A stretch of DNA of 64,000 nucleotides from Geosiphon pyriformis uo1 (taxonomy: Eukaryota > Fungi > Glomeromycota), in NCBI GenBank assembly GCA_016748015.1, contig JAAOMT010000502.1, positions 620,001-684,000 on the forward strand. Direction: 5' to 3'. The stretch's first letter is position 1. Every line of letters starts with the position of its first letter. Below the pieces are notes generated by a model, which saw only the letters and a list, made by a program, of their open reading frames with translations, did no database searches and was not told the DNA's origin. Shown one piece after another: positions 51,143-64,000 of this stretch. The position numbers and the translations under genes are program-made.

Positions 51143-51680
51143 AATATTTATAATAAATATTACTGTAATAATAAATATTTTTTAAAAAATTTTGTTTATT
51201 AAGTTGTATTATTATAAATTTTGCAAAATGAAAAATTAAAACTAAAATAATCTTGTGACATCAAAATGAAAAAATTAGTTCAGAAAAAAGGTGTTCTTAT
51301 TTTTAACATAATAAGCATTTTTAGTATTTTTAATGATACGCATTATTACGCAAACCTTTTCATTCAATAGCCATTTTATTTTTCCCCTAATCCAATATTA
51401 TTCGATTTAAAAGAAAGTTAATTTTTTTTCAAGAACACAGAGTGAAATTATGATGGTAAACAATGCAGGGACTAGAAAAGCGATAAATTTTAGAATTTTT
51501 TTGATCAAATCTATTTATAACATATTTACAGCAAGAAAATATTTAATTGTGAAGCATTAAACCAACTGATAAGAATAATTTGAGACCCATATTCAAGAAT
51601 AAATTCCCAAAAGGTTTCAAACCTTTTATTAGTTGGCGAAGCTTCTTTTAGGACATGCTCCAGGCGTACAAAATAGTGAT

Positions 51681-53877
51681 TTAAGGTTGTGGTGATGGGG
51701 GACGGACTTCGCTGGTCCCAATTTCATTATGAATTTCTTCATCAGTGCCATTATTTTCCGCAGATGAACCATTAGTGACAACTTCTTCAGCAGGTCGATC
51801 ATTGTCAGTAGTGGGTCTTACTTCAACAGGATCTGTATCCATTGGAGACGAGAGAGCCTCCAAGACCGTAGCTATACTAGCTACGTGTTGCTTATCTTCG
51901 GATTTGATATCCATGTTTTCCGGCTCATTAACCGCCGGACGCTCTTTTGGTTCCTCATGTTTTATTTTGACGATTGAGCGATCTTCTGGTCCCTCATGCT
52001 TTATTATTTCCTCCATGTGCTCTTCAGACACATGTCTTATTTCAGGTAGTTCTTGCCCAGATCGAGGTAATTCCTCTATTTGACTGGTCTTTGGGGAAGT
52101 TGCTTCTGGTACTCCCGTCGCCAATAAAATTTTCCATTTTTTTATTAATTCACCGGCTCGATTTTTAATGGAAAAATGATCTTGCTCAATATCAAGTGCA
52201 AAGATCTTTTTCATAAGCTTCCCGATTTTGCTTCCCTTTTAATACATTTAATGAATAATCACAATATTAAAAAAGAATGAACAGTACAGAGAAATTATTT
52301 ATTGATGGTTCAATACCTTTAATAACTCGATAGTTATTTTAAATTCTTCAACCTCTTTAAAAAGGGAGTCAATTTTTACCATATCCTTTGAAATTTAAAG
52401 GAGTTAGAAATTAGGTATTAAAGAACAACAATTCTTATATCCAGAGTGAAACCTGTTTGTCAATTTGCTCTTTCAGCGTTAGCTTTTGAAGCTTATGTCT
52501 CAAGTAGAGCAATTTGTCGACAGGAGGATCTAAATTAAAAAATGAGTATTGTTAAACAAGCGCCATGCAATAACAAAGAATTTTTAAGTCATTTACATAC
52601 AGTCAGGTTTACGAGTCTTGCTTTTTTTAAGAGATTCATTATGGCGAGGTAATCTTTCTTCATCATTTTGTCCTTCGGTGTGGCGTTCATCGTCTCCATC
52701 ACCTGTAACGGAGCCCATCTCTGATTTACTTGGCGTGCCAGACCCTTCGCTTCTAGAGCCGGACTCTTTTGGAGGGCTTTCGACTTCCTCCTAATTGGAG
52801 ACCATCAAATTTTTATATTAACTGTTAGAGTAAAAATTTAGATGAGAAATCAAGAAAAACAATTTACTTCTTTCATTTCTGTAATATCGTCTTGAATGTG
52901 TGCGTCAGCGTCCATTGGATCCTCGTCCTCATCAGTATAATCAATTTTCCTTTGTTTACGCTTTGAAAATTTCTCAACAACCGACCTTTCATTGACCCTT
53001 CGTTTTTTACTTTTATCACCGCGTGTAGATCCAAGATCTCCTTGATCGTTATCCGACGCATTTGAATAAGAATTCTTTTTAGATTTTGCACTTGCTGATT
53101 TTCGACGAACGCTTGATTTTTCTTGCTTGGAAGGATTTTTTTCATTCTTACGGGAAGCTTTTGTACGAGAGTTTGACTTTTGGCTCACTGATTTGTCATG
53201 ATTCTCATGGGAGTCACTAGACTTTTTGCTTGCAATTTCCAATTCCTGATCAGAGTCGCTATCTTCTCTGTCACTTTGAATAGGCTCATCGAGAGAAGTA
53301 GGATCGAGGGCTTCTCTAATCGCTTTTTCAAGAGTCTTGTCGCGTTTCTTGCCTTTAGGTTTATCTAAACGCTCTTCGGCTTCCATTTTATCAAATAATT
53401 TTAGATCACTGGAACCGAACCAGCCACTATAAAATGGTATTAATTATATTAAAAATATGATCCATTTTCAAACTCATGGAATAATCTCTATAAATTAAAA
53501 TATTTATCCATGCAACATAGAAGAGAATTTTTTTTGTCTCTTTGATCTTGTGTGAAATCATACAAATAGCAATATCAAGTCATTAGGCAAGTAAAAATGA
53601 CGAAACATACTAATCTTTAGATCCAAAGAATCGAACTCCCCATATTGGCCTAGGAAGCTTGGGCTTTCTAGAAAGAACACTTTTTGGCAAGCTAGATTCA
53701 ACTTCAACCTGATTTTATATAAAAGTAAATTACGTGGTAGGCTTTGAAGACTCTGGAAGGTTGTCTAGTAAAGGACAAAACACCATAATTATGAAAACTT
53801 TGACTCACACGAGCAGGCCACCAAGGGTAACCCTTAAGCTTTGCGTATACAACAGTTCCGGGGTTATAGTCAGACAT
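51681..53877 (-). CDS. PWWP-domain chromatin protein with C-terminal TFIIS-N / LEDGF-IBD-like helical bundle (Pdp3/HDGF-related), 7 exons, 538 aa
   Basis: Exons 53877-53809, 53708-53611, 53426-52868, 52790-52601, 52529-52453, 52385-52317, 52235-51681; all introns GT..AG and phases consistent. VYAKLKGYPWWPAR..VRFFGSKDYGW marks the PWWP domain; LYLRHKLQK..ITIELLK.SKIGKLMKKI..RAGELIKKWK marks the helical bundle. Confidence 0.93.
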
Positions 53878-54240
53878 GACTACTCTCAAATTTCAGGTTA
53901 TCAGGTACTTGAAGTAAGAGTATTATATTAGATAACGCGCCCAGAATTCGATATGCTGCTAAAAGAGATCTGTGAAAGAAGGTTAAAAGTAACAGCAAGT
54001 ACTGAAATGTCTTTTTCGCGTAAAAGACGTTTGGCAAACAATTCCTTATAAAAAGGCATAAAATAAAAGCTTTGTGTTCCTTTGGTTTATAACTCCATCA
54101 GCAGCTTGAGAAGGGCTTGAATATCTAACCATAAGTTTTTACTGGTGGTATTTTATTCATGATGTCATATCTATGATTAGCTAACCATTGAAATCCAGAA
54201 CAGCACGTGATTGAATTTGACAAATTCATTCGAAATATAA
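53878..54240 (-). promoter_or_regulatory. Putative promoter/5' UTR of the PWWP gene with CGCG boxes and an E-box
   Basis: CpG retained; TAACGCGC (53933-53940), TTTTCGCGT (54013-54021), CACGTGA (54204-54210). Confidence 0.4.
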
Positions 54241-54631
54241 TTAATTTTCTAGTTATATTTATGGTTCAAAACAGAATGTAAAAATTAATATTAATACAAT
54301 ATTAATTATTCAATATGTCCAAATTTTTGTGTTAATATATATAATATTTACACAATATTTTGTAAACAGTTATATAATATGTGTTATTAAAACAATTATT
54401 AAATAAATAATCAGATTAATAATTACAAAAAATTTTATGTTTAATTTTTTTTAAATTTTAAAAATAAAATTACAACTAATATCTTATTAATTACAACTTT
54501 TTTTTTTATTAGAGTTTAACAAGCAAGGTCCAACCACTATTTAATACAATATAACCACATAGAGTCTTAAATTAGATATGATTTATGTATTTTTTATATG
54601 TAACCAGCTACTTGAGTCAGTTTAGGTTATA

Positions 54632-56758
54632 CTATATTAATACACTAGAAGAAAACTTATCCAAAAATAACATTTTTTGAATAATGAGAAACAAAGTTAC
54701 ACTGCAAGGAACCAATTCAACCAGCCATTCAGCTGTCTTCAAGGCATTAACTTTAATATTAATAGATTTATGTTCCCAAAAAGACATTAAGTTAGAAAAC
54801 ACTTCATCATCCAAACTAACTGAGTATTCTAAATCACCAAAAATATCAATATCCTCTATGCAGCACTCTTTTTTTAAAAAAACCACTTTTCTTCCCAACT
54901 TATCAACAATTTTACTAAAAGAACCCAAATGTACCATAATCTCATTGACTTTAAGGCCAAGTTTACTGTTTGAGACCAAATTCCTATTAATAAATTATTC
55001 AAACAATTTGATTAAAGAACCAACTGGTTTAACAATAAACTCAACAAAAGCAGAAAGCTTGACCAAATCAGACTCCAAAAAAGCCAACTAAGAAAACACC
55101 AAGAAATTATTAACAACCATAAAAGGAAAAGTAAGAGCTACCAGGGAAAAAAACTCAGAAGAATTCAAGAAAACAGAAGCTTTTGCATAAAAAACACTAC
55201 TTACAAAATGTGTTTTAAACATCTTAAGAGTCTTGGAAGGTAGAAGCAGAGAAACTTTGCAGTCTATAGCCAAATGGTCCACTTCTTAACACCTAAAGCA
55301 ACATTAACAATCAGAAATTTCTCACCAAATATGGTATTTTCTTAAGATACCAGTTTTGATAACTGCAGAATTCAAATCAACTTAGGAACCAAATATAACC
55401 AGAGCAAACTGGAAACAATAACCAAAATTAGACAAATAAAGAATGAAACAAGTCTTGTCATCAACCTGAAAGATTATATTACTAATCTTAAAGGCAGTAC
55501 AGCCAGAAGGAAGATTGACCAACTTGGTCTTAAACTGATCATGAAACAAAATTGTCTCATTTTGATTAATAAAGAAAAGAATATAAACATTATTTTTGCC
55601 TACCAAAATCAACCAGTAAGTAAGAATAGAAGCAGCAGCATCCAATTTTTTAAAGTAAACAACTACATATTGCCAAACACCAGCAGGTTTTAGCATAACA
55701 TGAGAAACTTTACCAAAAATACCAAGAACTGACTTAATATCAACAACAAACATACTTAAAAGCACATTATACAGTACAATAGCAACAGGAGAAGAACTAA
55801 ACTCAGAAACCACCAAAAACTTAGCAATTTTAAAAGAGACAAGGTGAACAGAGCTTGTAAGTTCAACCAGAAATACAGCATTTAGAGAACTTAGAAAAGC
55901 AAACTCCACACAGAAGAGTTTTACATTGTCTTTAGAAACAGATTTTACATCCAAAAAACTATGTATAGACTGAAAAACAGTTTTAATATGAGCCAATTTA
56001 ATCTTGAAAGTAGTACCAGACACCAAAGTAGAGATTACTCACTCAGCAAACCTTTGATGACTAACAATAGTTTTCCAAGCACCACTAGTAGCAACACCAG
56101 AAACCAAAGAAGGAGATGATTCAGTTTTCATTTAATCAGCCCAATTTTTAGAAACAGGTAACACCACAGAAGATAATTGCTTTACTTCTAAAACTGATAA
56201 TAATTTACCAAAAAACTCCACATTTGGCAACACAGCCAGTGGTTGATCTTGGCCCATCTTGGATGACATGTTGGATAATACTATAGAGATCTTATCTAAG
56301 ATCTTATTGGAAACCACAAAGATGTTTGGTGTAACAATAGCAAAGACAAACAACTGTTCCCATTTATCTGAACTTTTGGTCTTTTTGACTATTTTTTTTG
56401 AAAAGGAGATACTAGTAGTACCAGATATTGAAGTTATGGAGAGGAATATTAACTTGTTAACTGGTCTATTATTAAACACTTTTGGGCTCTTAGTAAGAGT
56501 AAAGACAACACTGAAACTAACCCAAATGTGTCTCTTTGAAGAAACTTTGACTGGTGAAAAACCAGCCAAAGATGAAAAAGTTGCTTTAGTAGCTATCAAA
56601 GGCAGCTTTTCACGATTACTAGGTAAAAGGAAGACTTCTAAAACATTCTGTTTAGTTGCTTCTACCACAGAGAGAGCTTTTCTGGTTAAAATTTTATTAG
56701 ATATCTTAAAAAAGATATCAGATACAGCTTTTTTACTCTTTGCTCTGGTTGTGATCAT
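54632..56758 (-). pseudogene. ORF1-like nucleic-acid-binding protein (~708 codons; RRM-like, CCHC, coiled coil)
   Basis: ORFs 56132-56758, 55382-56026, 55088-55282 and 54632-54979 share one frame; GVWQYVVVYF, KLVNLPSGCTAF and KTCFI match LINE ORF1 GLWQKAVVEF, LLFTLPVGMTAH and KTCVI. Confidence 0.85.
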
Positions 56759-56760
56759 AA

Positions 56761-57500
56761 TATTACAGATTGGAATAACAAGCTAATGGATAGCAAGGGA
56801 GAACAGGATTGTAAGGTGATGGAAATAATCAAAGAGAATTCAACTTCAAAGAGTGAATTGAATGAGTATGGATTCAATGTGTGAGATCAGTCTCATAAAA
56901 TATTTCAGTCACTATTCTTTTTAAAAATAACTGGAGAATCTAAAGGTAGAGGGATAGTCTGTACTGTCAACAATTGATCACCACTGGTATAATTCTATGT
57001 CTCACATTGGTGCTCTTAGAATTCAATATCAGGTATCAACTTGTGCTTTTTAGTCATGTTTATTCAAATAATCTTCAAATGCTACAATTATATATGTCAA
57101 GAAAAGACCAACAAGTAATCTTTTATCTTTTAAGATGTTCAGATACTTGAAGGTAAAGAAATGGAATTTTTAACAATCAAAGAAGGATTGAAATGAAAGT
57201 TGTTATTTTATTTATTCTTGATTAATCAGATGCTTGTTATTACATACTTTTCTACAGCTAAGAGACTCATTGCTTATATAGCTATTGAAAGTGGTCGACA
57301 ACCAAGTCAATAATCAGGTTAATGATCAAGTCAACAGTTAGGTCATTGATCAGGTCATTAATTAGATCAATGATCAGGTCAACAGTCAGGTCATTGATCA
57401 GGTCAATGATCACTATCTATAAATAGAGTGGCTAATTTATATGATATCAGTGGCTAATACATGTGATAACTAATAAAAACTATGAGTTTTAATCATAACA
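56761..57500 (-). repeat. Solo LTR (G2 family), 10 x 12-bp units
   Basis: TATTAC...TAACA ends; perfect TSD ATAA (56757-56760 / 57501-57504). Confidence 0.93.
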
Positions 57501-57609
57501 ATAAAATTAAGGAAACAAAAAGCTTTTTTTAAAAGTTTACAACTTATTAAAATATTTTATTGTTATAGCTATTTTATTTTTAAAATTAATTAGTAATATA
57601 ATTATTAAC

Positions 57610-60600
57610 TTTTTTTATTTTATTTTATTTTATTTAATGAATACAGTCCAATTACTATCTAGTATAAAAAATTAAATTAAGTAATCCCAATTAAATATAA
57701 TTTACATATAACCAGCTATTCGAGCCAATTTAAATAATATTATACATCTATATAAATTATTAGAGCATTATTAATACCAAAGAAAAAAATACAAGACAAT
57801 TATCTTCCAAAACTTACTGTTATAGACTCACTCTATTTAACAAATCTGTACACAATTTATCAGTTAACATAAGAATCTTACTGTTACAGGTTAAAGTAAC
57901 AAGCTAATAAATAGTAAGAGAAAACAGAATTGTAGGGTGATAGAAATAATTAAAAAGATTTCAACTTCAAGGAGTGAATTGAATGATTAAGGATTCAATA
58001 TGTGAGATCAGTCTCATTAAATATTTCAGTCACTGTACTTTTTAAAAGATAACTGGAGAATCTGAAGATAGAGAAATAGTCCATACTGTCAACAAATAAT
58101 CACATCTGGTATAATTTTATGTCTTATATTGGCACTCTTAGAATTCAATATTAGATATTAGATGTACTTTTTAATCACACTTTATTCAATAATTTTCAAA
58201 TGCTATAATTATACAAGTCAGGAAAAGGGTAAGTAAATGCCAACAAGTAATCTTTTATTCCAAGATGTTTAGATACTTAAAGATAAGGAAAGAGAAATTA
58301 GTAATAAGAAAAAAATTGAGATAAAGTTGTTATTTTATTTTATTTTATTTCTTTTTTTGATTTCTATATGCTTTTCTACAGCTAAGAAATTCATCACTTA
58401 TATAGCTATCAAAAGTGGTAAATGATCAGATCAATGACTAAGTCAATAATTAGGTTAATGATTAAGTCAATGATTAGGTTATTGATCAAGTCAATAATTA
58501 GGTCAATAATTAGGTTATTAATTAGGTCAATAATCAGATCAATGATCAGATCAACAGTCAGGTTATTGATCAGATTCATAATTATTTTCTAAAAATAAAG
58601 TGGTTAATTTATATAATATTAATGGCTAATACATGTAATAATTAACAAGAAGTATAAGTTTTAATCATAACATTACCAATATTACTTATTGAACCAGTTT
58701 TTTCTAATTTTAATCTATATTTTGTTTTAACACATTATATTTTATAATAATAAAAATTAACCAGTTAGTAAAAAAAGTTAACCAAAACAGAAACAGCTTT
58801 TTTTTTGTTATTGTATATTTTTAAAGTGTTTTTAAGCCAATCCTTAAAAACAAACTCTTTATAAAGCATTATATATAACCCAATATTTAAAAAGCAAAAA
58901 AACAAAGACTGTAAAATAAAAGAAAATACAAGTACTTTTTTATTAACCAGTAATAACCAAAACTCAACATAACCTAAAATCAACTTTTTTTGCCAATTCA
59001 CATTTTTTGAATACATAAATAAATAATCTGAAAATTTCACTTCTTTATAAAACAAACACAAAACTCTCAAATAAGATTTGTTATATAGCATTTTATATAC
59101 AGCAATAAATAATCTTTTATAGACAGTCTTTATTATATAAGTTTTGAGATTAATTGTAGATAAGCCAGTAATTTTAATAAGCATATGTAAATCAAAATAT
59201 TACATCTTAGCTATCTAAATTCAATCAATATCATAAACAAGAAACTCACTAATAATCCTAAAACTGAGATCCACTTTTACTATATACTAGCTATTGCTTT
59301 ATAAATATCCCAAACAAAATAACAAGTATTATCAAAAACTGCCAAATCATTAACTACCAAATACTATTCAAAAATATCAATAAAAAAAAATGTGAGCTTA
59401 TCAGCATAATTATTGCTAAACACACTTAAATACTCTTTAATTTTTGACTAAATCACTTTTAAATTTTTGTTTTTTATTAGATTGTTGATTAAATACTTTT
59501 CTATTCAATATCAGTTGTGAAAATCTGGCCAAACAAATTAAGTTCTAAATTGCAAGCATTAATAGCTGCTTAATTGTTTAAATTCAACATCATTATACTA
59601 GAAAAAAGCATGTATTCTAAGACTAAAGCAATAGGATACAGCTTAGTTATTATAAAGAATACCATGTCAAAAACACCAATATTAATATTTATATCAATAT
59701 TTGAAAAATAAACTGCTGTCTTACCAGCCACCTCCAGTATATTAAACATCTTAAGTGAGTTATCAATGTAAATATCAAAAGCATCTGCTCAAACCCTATG
59801 TAAAAATTTTTTAATTGATTCAAATTTATTTAAATTCAAAACATTATAAGAAACCAGAATCAAAACATTTCTATTATCCTTAATAACAGAGTCTACTTTA
59901 CCCAAAAAACTGGATGCAATGACAAACTAAAATAGAATAAAACTTCTTGAATTTAGTCTTTTCTAGTGGCAAAATGTCTTTTAAGTTATTAAGTTACTAT
60001 GTTTATCAAAAAGTCTGTTATCAAAAGCAATATTATAATATCTCAAAGAAACTACTGTTTTGTAATAGACTGCTCTCTACAAGATATTTAACATCAGAAA
60101 CTTTTTTTAACTACAAAAAACTTGCAGCAGATTGTTTATCAACAAAATTTTATTGTTCAAAAACACTTTTATCACTCTGACAAAGAAATTGTTTACAGAA
60201 CTAATCTTTAACTTAACTAAATGCCTCAAAGGATTAGCCAGAGCTTAGTCTAAAACCTGCAAATCCAAAACTGATAATTAAAGAATCTATCCAAAATTCT
60301 TTTAGAATTAACAAATAAAACCATTAAAGTTATCTTATTTTTAACTTGTAATTGTTCAAAAAACTTCAAATTGTATAATAATGAGTGATACAAAACTTTA
60401 TTGGAAAAATCTTTGGACAATTCTATTTTCAATTTCAAATCTTTTCTAATCAGAAAGTCTCATTTGCAACAAATATAAACTAAAATAAAACTAAACTACA
60501 TATGATAATAAACAATTGGATGTAAAACAACAGAAACCAGATAGCAGAACTTCTTATTTAAAATTGCCTTTTTTAAAACTATGTTTTTAAAAAACCTAAT

Positions 60601-63600
60601 ATCCAAATAAGCTTTGACTAAACTGAATTTAGATAGACTATTAGTGAAAAAATAAATTTCCAAGTAATAATATGGCTTACTTTTTCTTGTAATTAATATA
60701 AAACTTCCATTAATAGTCAAAAATACATCTTTAACTCTTTGATTAATAAAAATAACCACTGTTTTATTATTATTAATCGAAATATTATTGATATCAAAGA
60801 ATTTATTGACAATATTTAAAATATATTAAGTTAAAGCCTAATCATTTTTTACTCAAATAATTTTATTAACAAAAGCACCAGCTGCAAGAAATAAAGTCCT
60901 TTCTTTTGTATTTTTTAATCTGTTTATTTTGGTTACAAATCTCATATTAATATAATAACCACACAAATGTTCATGTCTTTTAACTTTATACAGAAAAAGA
61001 TTATAAAAAATTCTTTAAAAAAGAGATAAGAAGACCTTATTTTGGTCCAGTTCATTATAAACATAATAACCTTCCAAAAAACCAAAGTCAGTTATGATTC
61101 TGTTAATTCTATCCTGGTAAATACTGCCAAAAAAACTGATAAACTATTTATACATTTTAATGTATTTTAGGCTGTTTTTTAAATAATGCCAGTTAATTGA
61201 ATTGTATGCTTTATGTATGTCTTATAAAATTAATTATAGCTTTTTGCACTTTTTCAAAACATTTTTTACAATTGAATCAATTGCAAACACTAAATAATAA
61301 ATTAACATCTTCTTTAACACTTAAAAGTTATTACCACAAAAAGCACTAAATTCATTGTATACAAAAAAAATTCAGTTTAAAAGTATCTTTAATAATATCT
61401 TTCTGGCTGTTTTAATTAGCACTATTAGTCTAGTATTAGTCTAGTATTAGTCAGCATACTATTTCAATTATAGGGCTTTAGAATCATTAAAATTCAAGCT
61501 TTTTTCTATAAAATAAGAATTATGCCAACTTTCAAACAACAATTCAGCAAAATTAAAAAGCAATTCAAGACTTTTAAATCATAATGCTTCCACAATTTAT
61601 TTAAGATACTAAACAAGCCAGTAGTTTTACTATTAGGTAAATTTCTTACAACTAAGATCAACTTATTTAAACTGATTTGTTTTATAATTTCAAAAAAAAT
61701 TTTATTCTTAACATAATTCAAAAACATGAATTGCTAAGACCAAAAATTTGGCATTATTTTAGACACCAATTTTTTTCTGATCTAGTTTTTTATTATTTTA
61801 TTCATCTTGCCTCTAACTATCTTAGATTCCAAAATTAACTCTTCATTAACAACCAAATAATTCAAAACTACCTTTCTAAAAGACTTTTTTAAAACACTTT
61901 TTATCATACAACTTTTGTTTATACAAAAATTATCCATCTTCTTATCAATTGTATTCTTAATTGCAGCCATCTTTATAGTCTCAGATTTTTGGTATTTGGA
62001 TGTTTAATATTTTTTCTTGACTTTTAACAAAAACAAAAAAAATTTTTTACCTTTTTTTTTTCTTATTGACAAAAAATGACATCTTAAGAGAATTACAAAT
62101 ATCTAAGCTCAACCAAATCTTTTCAAAATAATTAAATTCAAAGACATTACTTAACAAAAAAGCTTTTATAATGTTTGAAACCAAAACTTCTAACTAATAG
62201 AATCTCAAAAATTGTTTGTTCTTGAAATTACCAGAATTTCTGAACCAAGTCTTGTAGAAAATTTTGTTTATTGATTCAATTATAATTAATCTTAAACCTT
62301 TTTACATAGTATTCAAATTATTTTGTTCTTTTATAATATGAAAATTGCCAAGTACACAAAATATTTATTTTATTAAATGTTTCTTAAACTGAGTTTATTT
62401 TGAATTATTAGCATTCTTAATACCAAAATTTTACCAATTTTTGTTAACTTGCTTATGAATTGCACTTAGGCATTTATTTAGAAGACCATTCAAGCCAATT
62501 GAAATTACAATGGCCAAGTAATTAGTATTAAAGAAATTGTAAACACTATTAACTTTACATTTGACTATTACTAATAAAAAATAATTGCTAACCAAAATGT
62601 AATTAATAGTCTTTTTTGAAACTCTTAAGTTATTTTATGTCAAAGGCTTGGCAACTAAATTATCTATTAGAGAATTGTACAAACTCAAATCAAAATATTT
62701 TCTAAAATTCACACTATGTTTTATACTATCTTTATTAAAATTCTCATCTATAACAACATAAGAGCTTAAATTAACTGCCTTGACAACAAAAAAATTAATC
62801 TCACAAGTTTGATTAAATTGTGCACTAGTTAAAAAATTAGCATATAAACCTAAAATTGTCATTGAAATTTTGTTGCTAAACAACAAACAAACTAAAATAA
62901 GATGATTAAAGATTTTAAAGACTTTGTATACATATTAAACCAGAATATTGTTTATTACTATTGCTATGTCAATATCTATATAATTAGTGTTCAAACCAGA
63001 AACAAAAACTTTTACACTCTAAAATTTATTCTTAATTCAAAACTTAGTCTGTTTTTTTAACTTAGTCTTAATAATAATAGAAATCCAATTGCCAGATTTA
63101 TTGTGCCACCTAATTATATTTTTCTGCTTAGTTATATTGTTTATTTCTTTAATATTATATATAGCTATTTTTCAAATAAAATCATTTATTGAAGAGAAAA
63201 ATCCACAAAAAAAGTCAAACCAGCATACAACTAATCTAATCTTATCAGAACTAAACCAACAAAAGCTTTAAAAACCACCAATTTTAATTTTAAATTACTT
63301 ACTTTGGTGGTTAAAACTTTTGAACTATTTGGATCCAAAATTGAAGCTTTAACAATGATTAAAGAAGAAAACAAAAATAGAATATTTAAATTATTCAATA
63401 TCATATCTGAATTTAAAACTAAATCAGAATCTATTAAGCTTGTTAAATCATAAAAAAGAGAATATGAAAGCAGAGACACTAAATCTACATTGCTAAGTTT
63501 GTACACAAAACTAGATATCTAATTAGTCAACAGTTCCAAAAAACATTCTAAAGAAGCCAAGCAAAAAACAATTAATGAGTTATTATTGAGGACCAAAAGA

Positions 63601-64000
63601 GTTTTGTTAACATATAAAAATCTTGAAATATATGACTCAGAACCAGAACCAGAACCAAGATAAAAGTTTTTAGCTAAGATAGCAAGTAAAACTATCTGAA
63701 TCCAAAATTTGCTACCAAAAGCAGCAGAACAAAAAATATGGACATTTTTCTTGGCATATAACTTGTCAAGCTAAAAATAATTCTTATCTAAAACAAACTT
63801 TTTAAATACTTTTACAAAAAAAGAAGCAAAGGCACCAGATATATTACATTCTAGAACAGAATGTTCAAAATAACCACATTTTTTATATTAAACCAAATTT
63901 ATCTTAGCTTATTAAAGTTTAACATTACCAAAAATTGGCTCTGTGCAAAAGACAGATTTTATTTTTTTATTTAATTTAAAACCAACCACAGTACAGCAAA
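57610..64000 (-). mobile_element. LINE-D: strongly decayed LINE, 5' end outside window
   Basis: T tail ~57610-57635, 3' UTR motif 57711-57729, ORF2 fragments homologous to LINE-A/C (58765-62886), ORF1 C-terminus at 63187-64000. Confidence 0.88.
57882..58672 (-). repeat. Solo LTR (G2 family), 14 x 12-bp units, nested in LINE-D
   Basis: TGTTAC...TAACA; perfect TSD TTAC (57878-57881 / 58673-58676). Confidence 0.94.

Larger units (their letters stand above)
54497..57550 (-). mobile_element. ORF1-only (HAL1-like) non-autonomous LINE derivative; 5' UTR interrupted by a solo LTR
   Basis: T tail ~54497-54510 and LINE-type 3' UTR directly follow an ORF1-like frame; no APE/RT remnant. Confidence 0.8.

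Noticed and set aside
51745-53931. Alternative or antisense ORFs over the PWWP gene (51745-52083, 52873-53145, 53734-53931)
   Set aside because: Explained by the spliced minus-strand gene model; no motifs of their own.
61422-61453. Short tandem duplication (TAGTATTAGTC) in LINE-D; a similar one at ~4262-4289
   Set aside because: Ordinary slippage in dead elements.

Overview
Eukaryotic, very AT-rich, CpG-depleted heterochromatin-like window, most consistent with an early-diverging fungus (Glomeromycotina-like; inference from intron style and TE types). About 90% is a nested pile of decayed retroelements. There are four Ty3/gypsy LTR retrotransposons from three LTR families (G1 1-15913, cut by the window edge; G2 6122-13941; G3 16520-26139; G4 43258-50897), three solo LTRs and one older LTR remnant. 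There are also four RNase-H-encoding LINEs and one ORF1-only LINE derivative that shares the LINE 3' end. LTR insertions show 4-bp target-site duplications. The only intact host gene is a 7-exon PWWP plus TFIIS-N/IBD-like chromatin protein (51681-53877, minus strand), which keeps its CpGs. Most notable: (i) the gypsy elements share an unusual three-ORF layout, Gag-PR-(Cys-rich, dUTPase, dUTPase-like)-RT-RH / stand-alone integrase / conserved ORF-X running through the PPT; (ii) a HAL1-like ORF1-only element carrying the LINE 3' stem-loop; (iii) repeat-restricted, near-pure C:G>T:A hypermutation including non-CpG contexts (RIP-like); (iv) phased tandem arrays in LTR U3 regions. All alignments and counts were done by eye.
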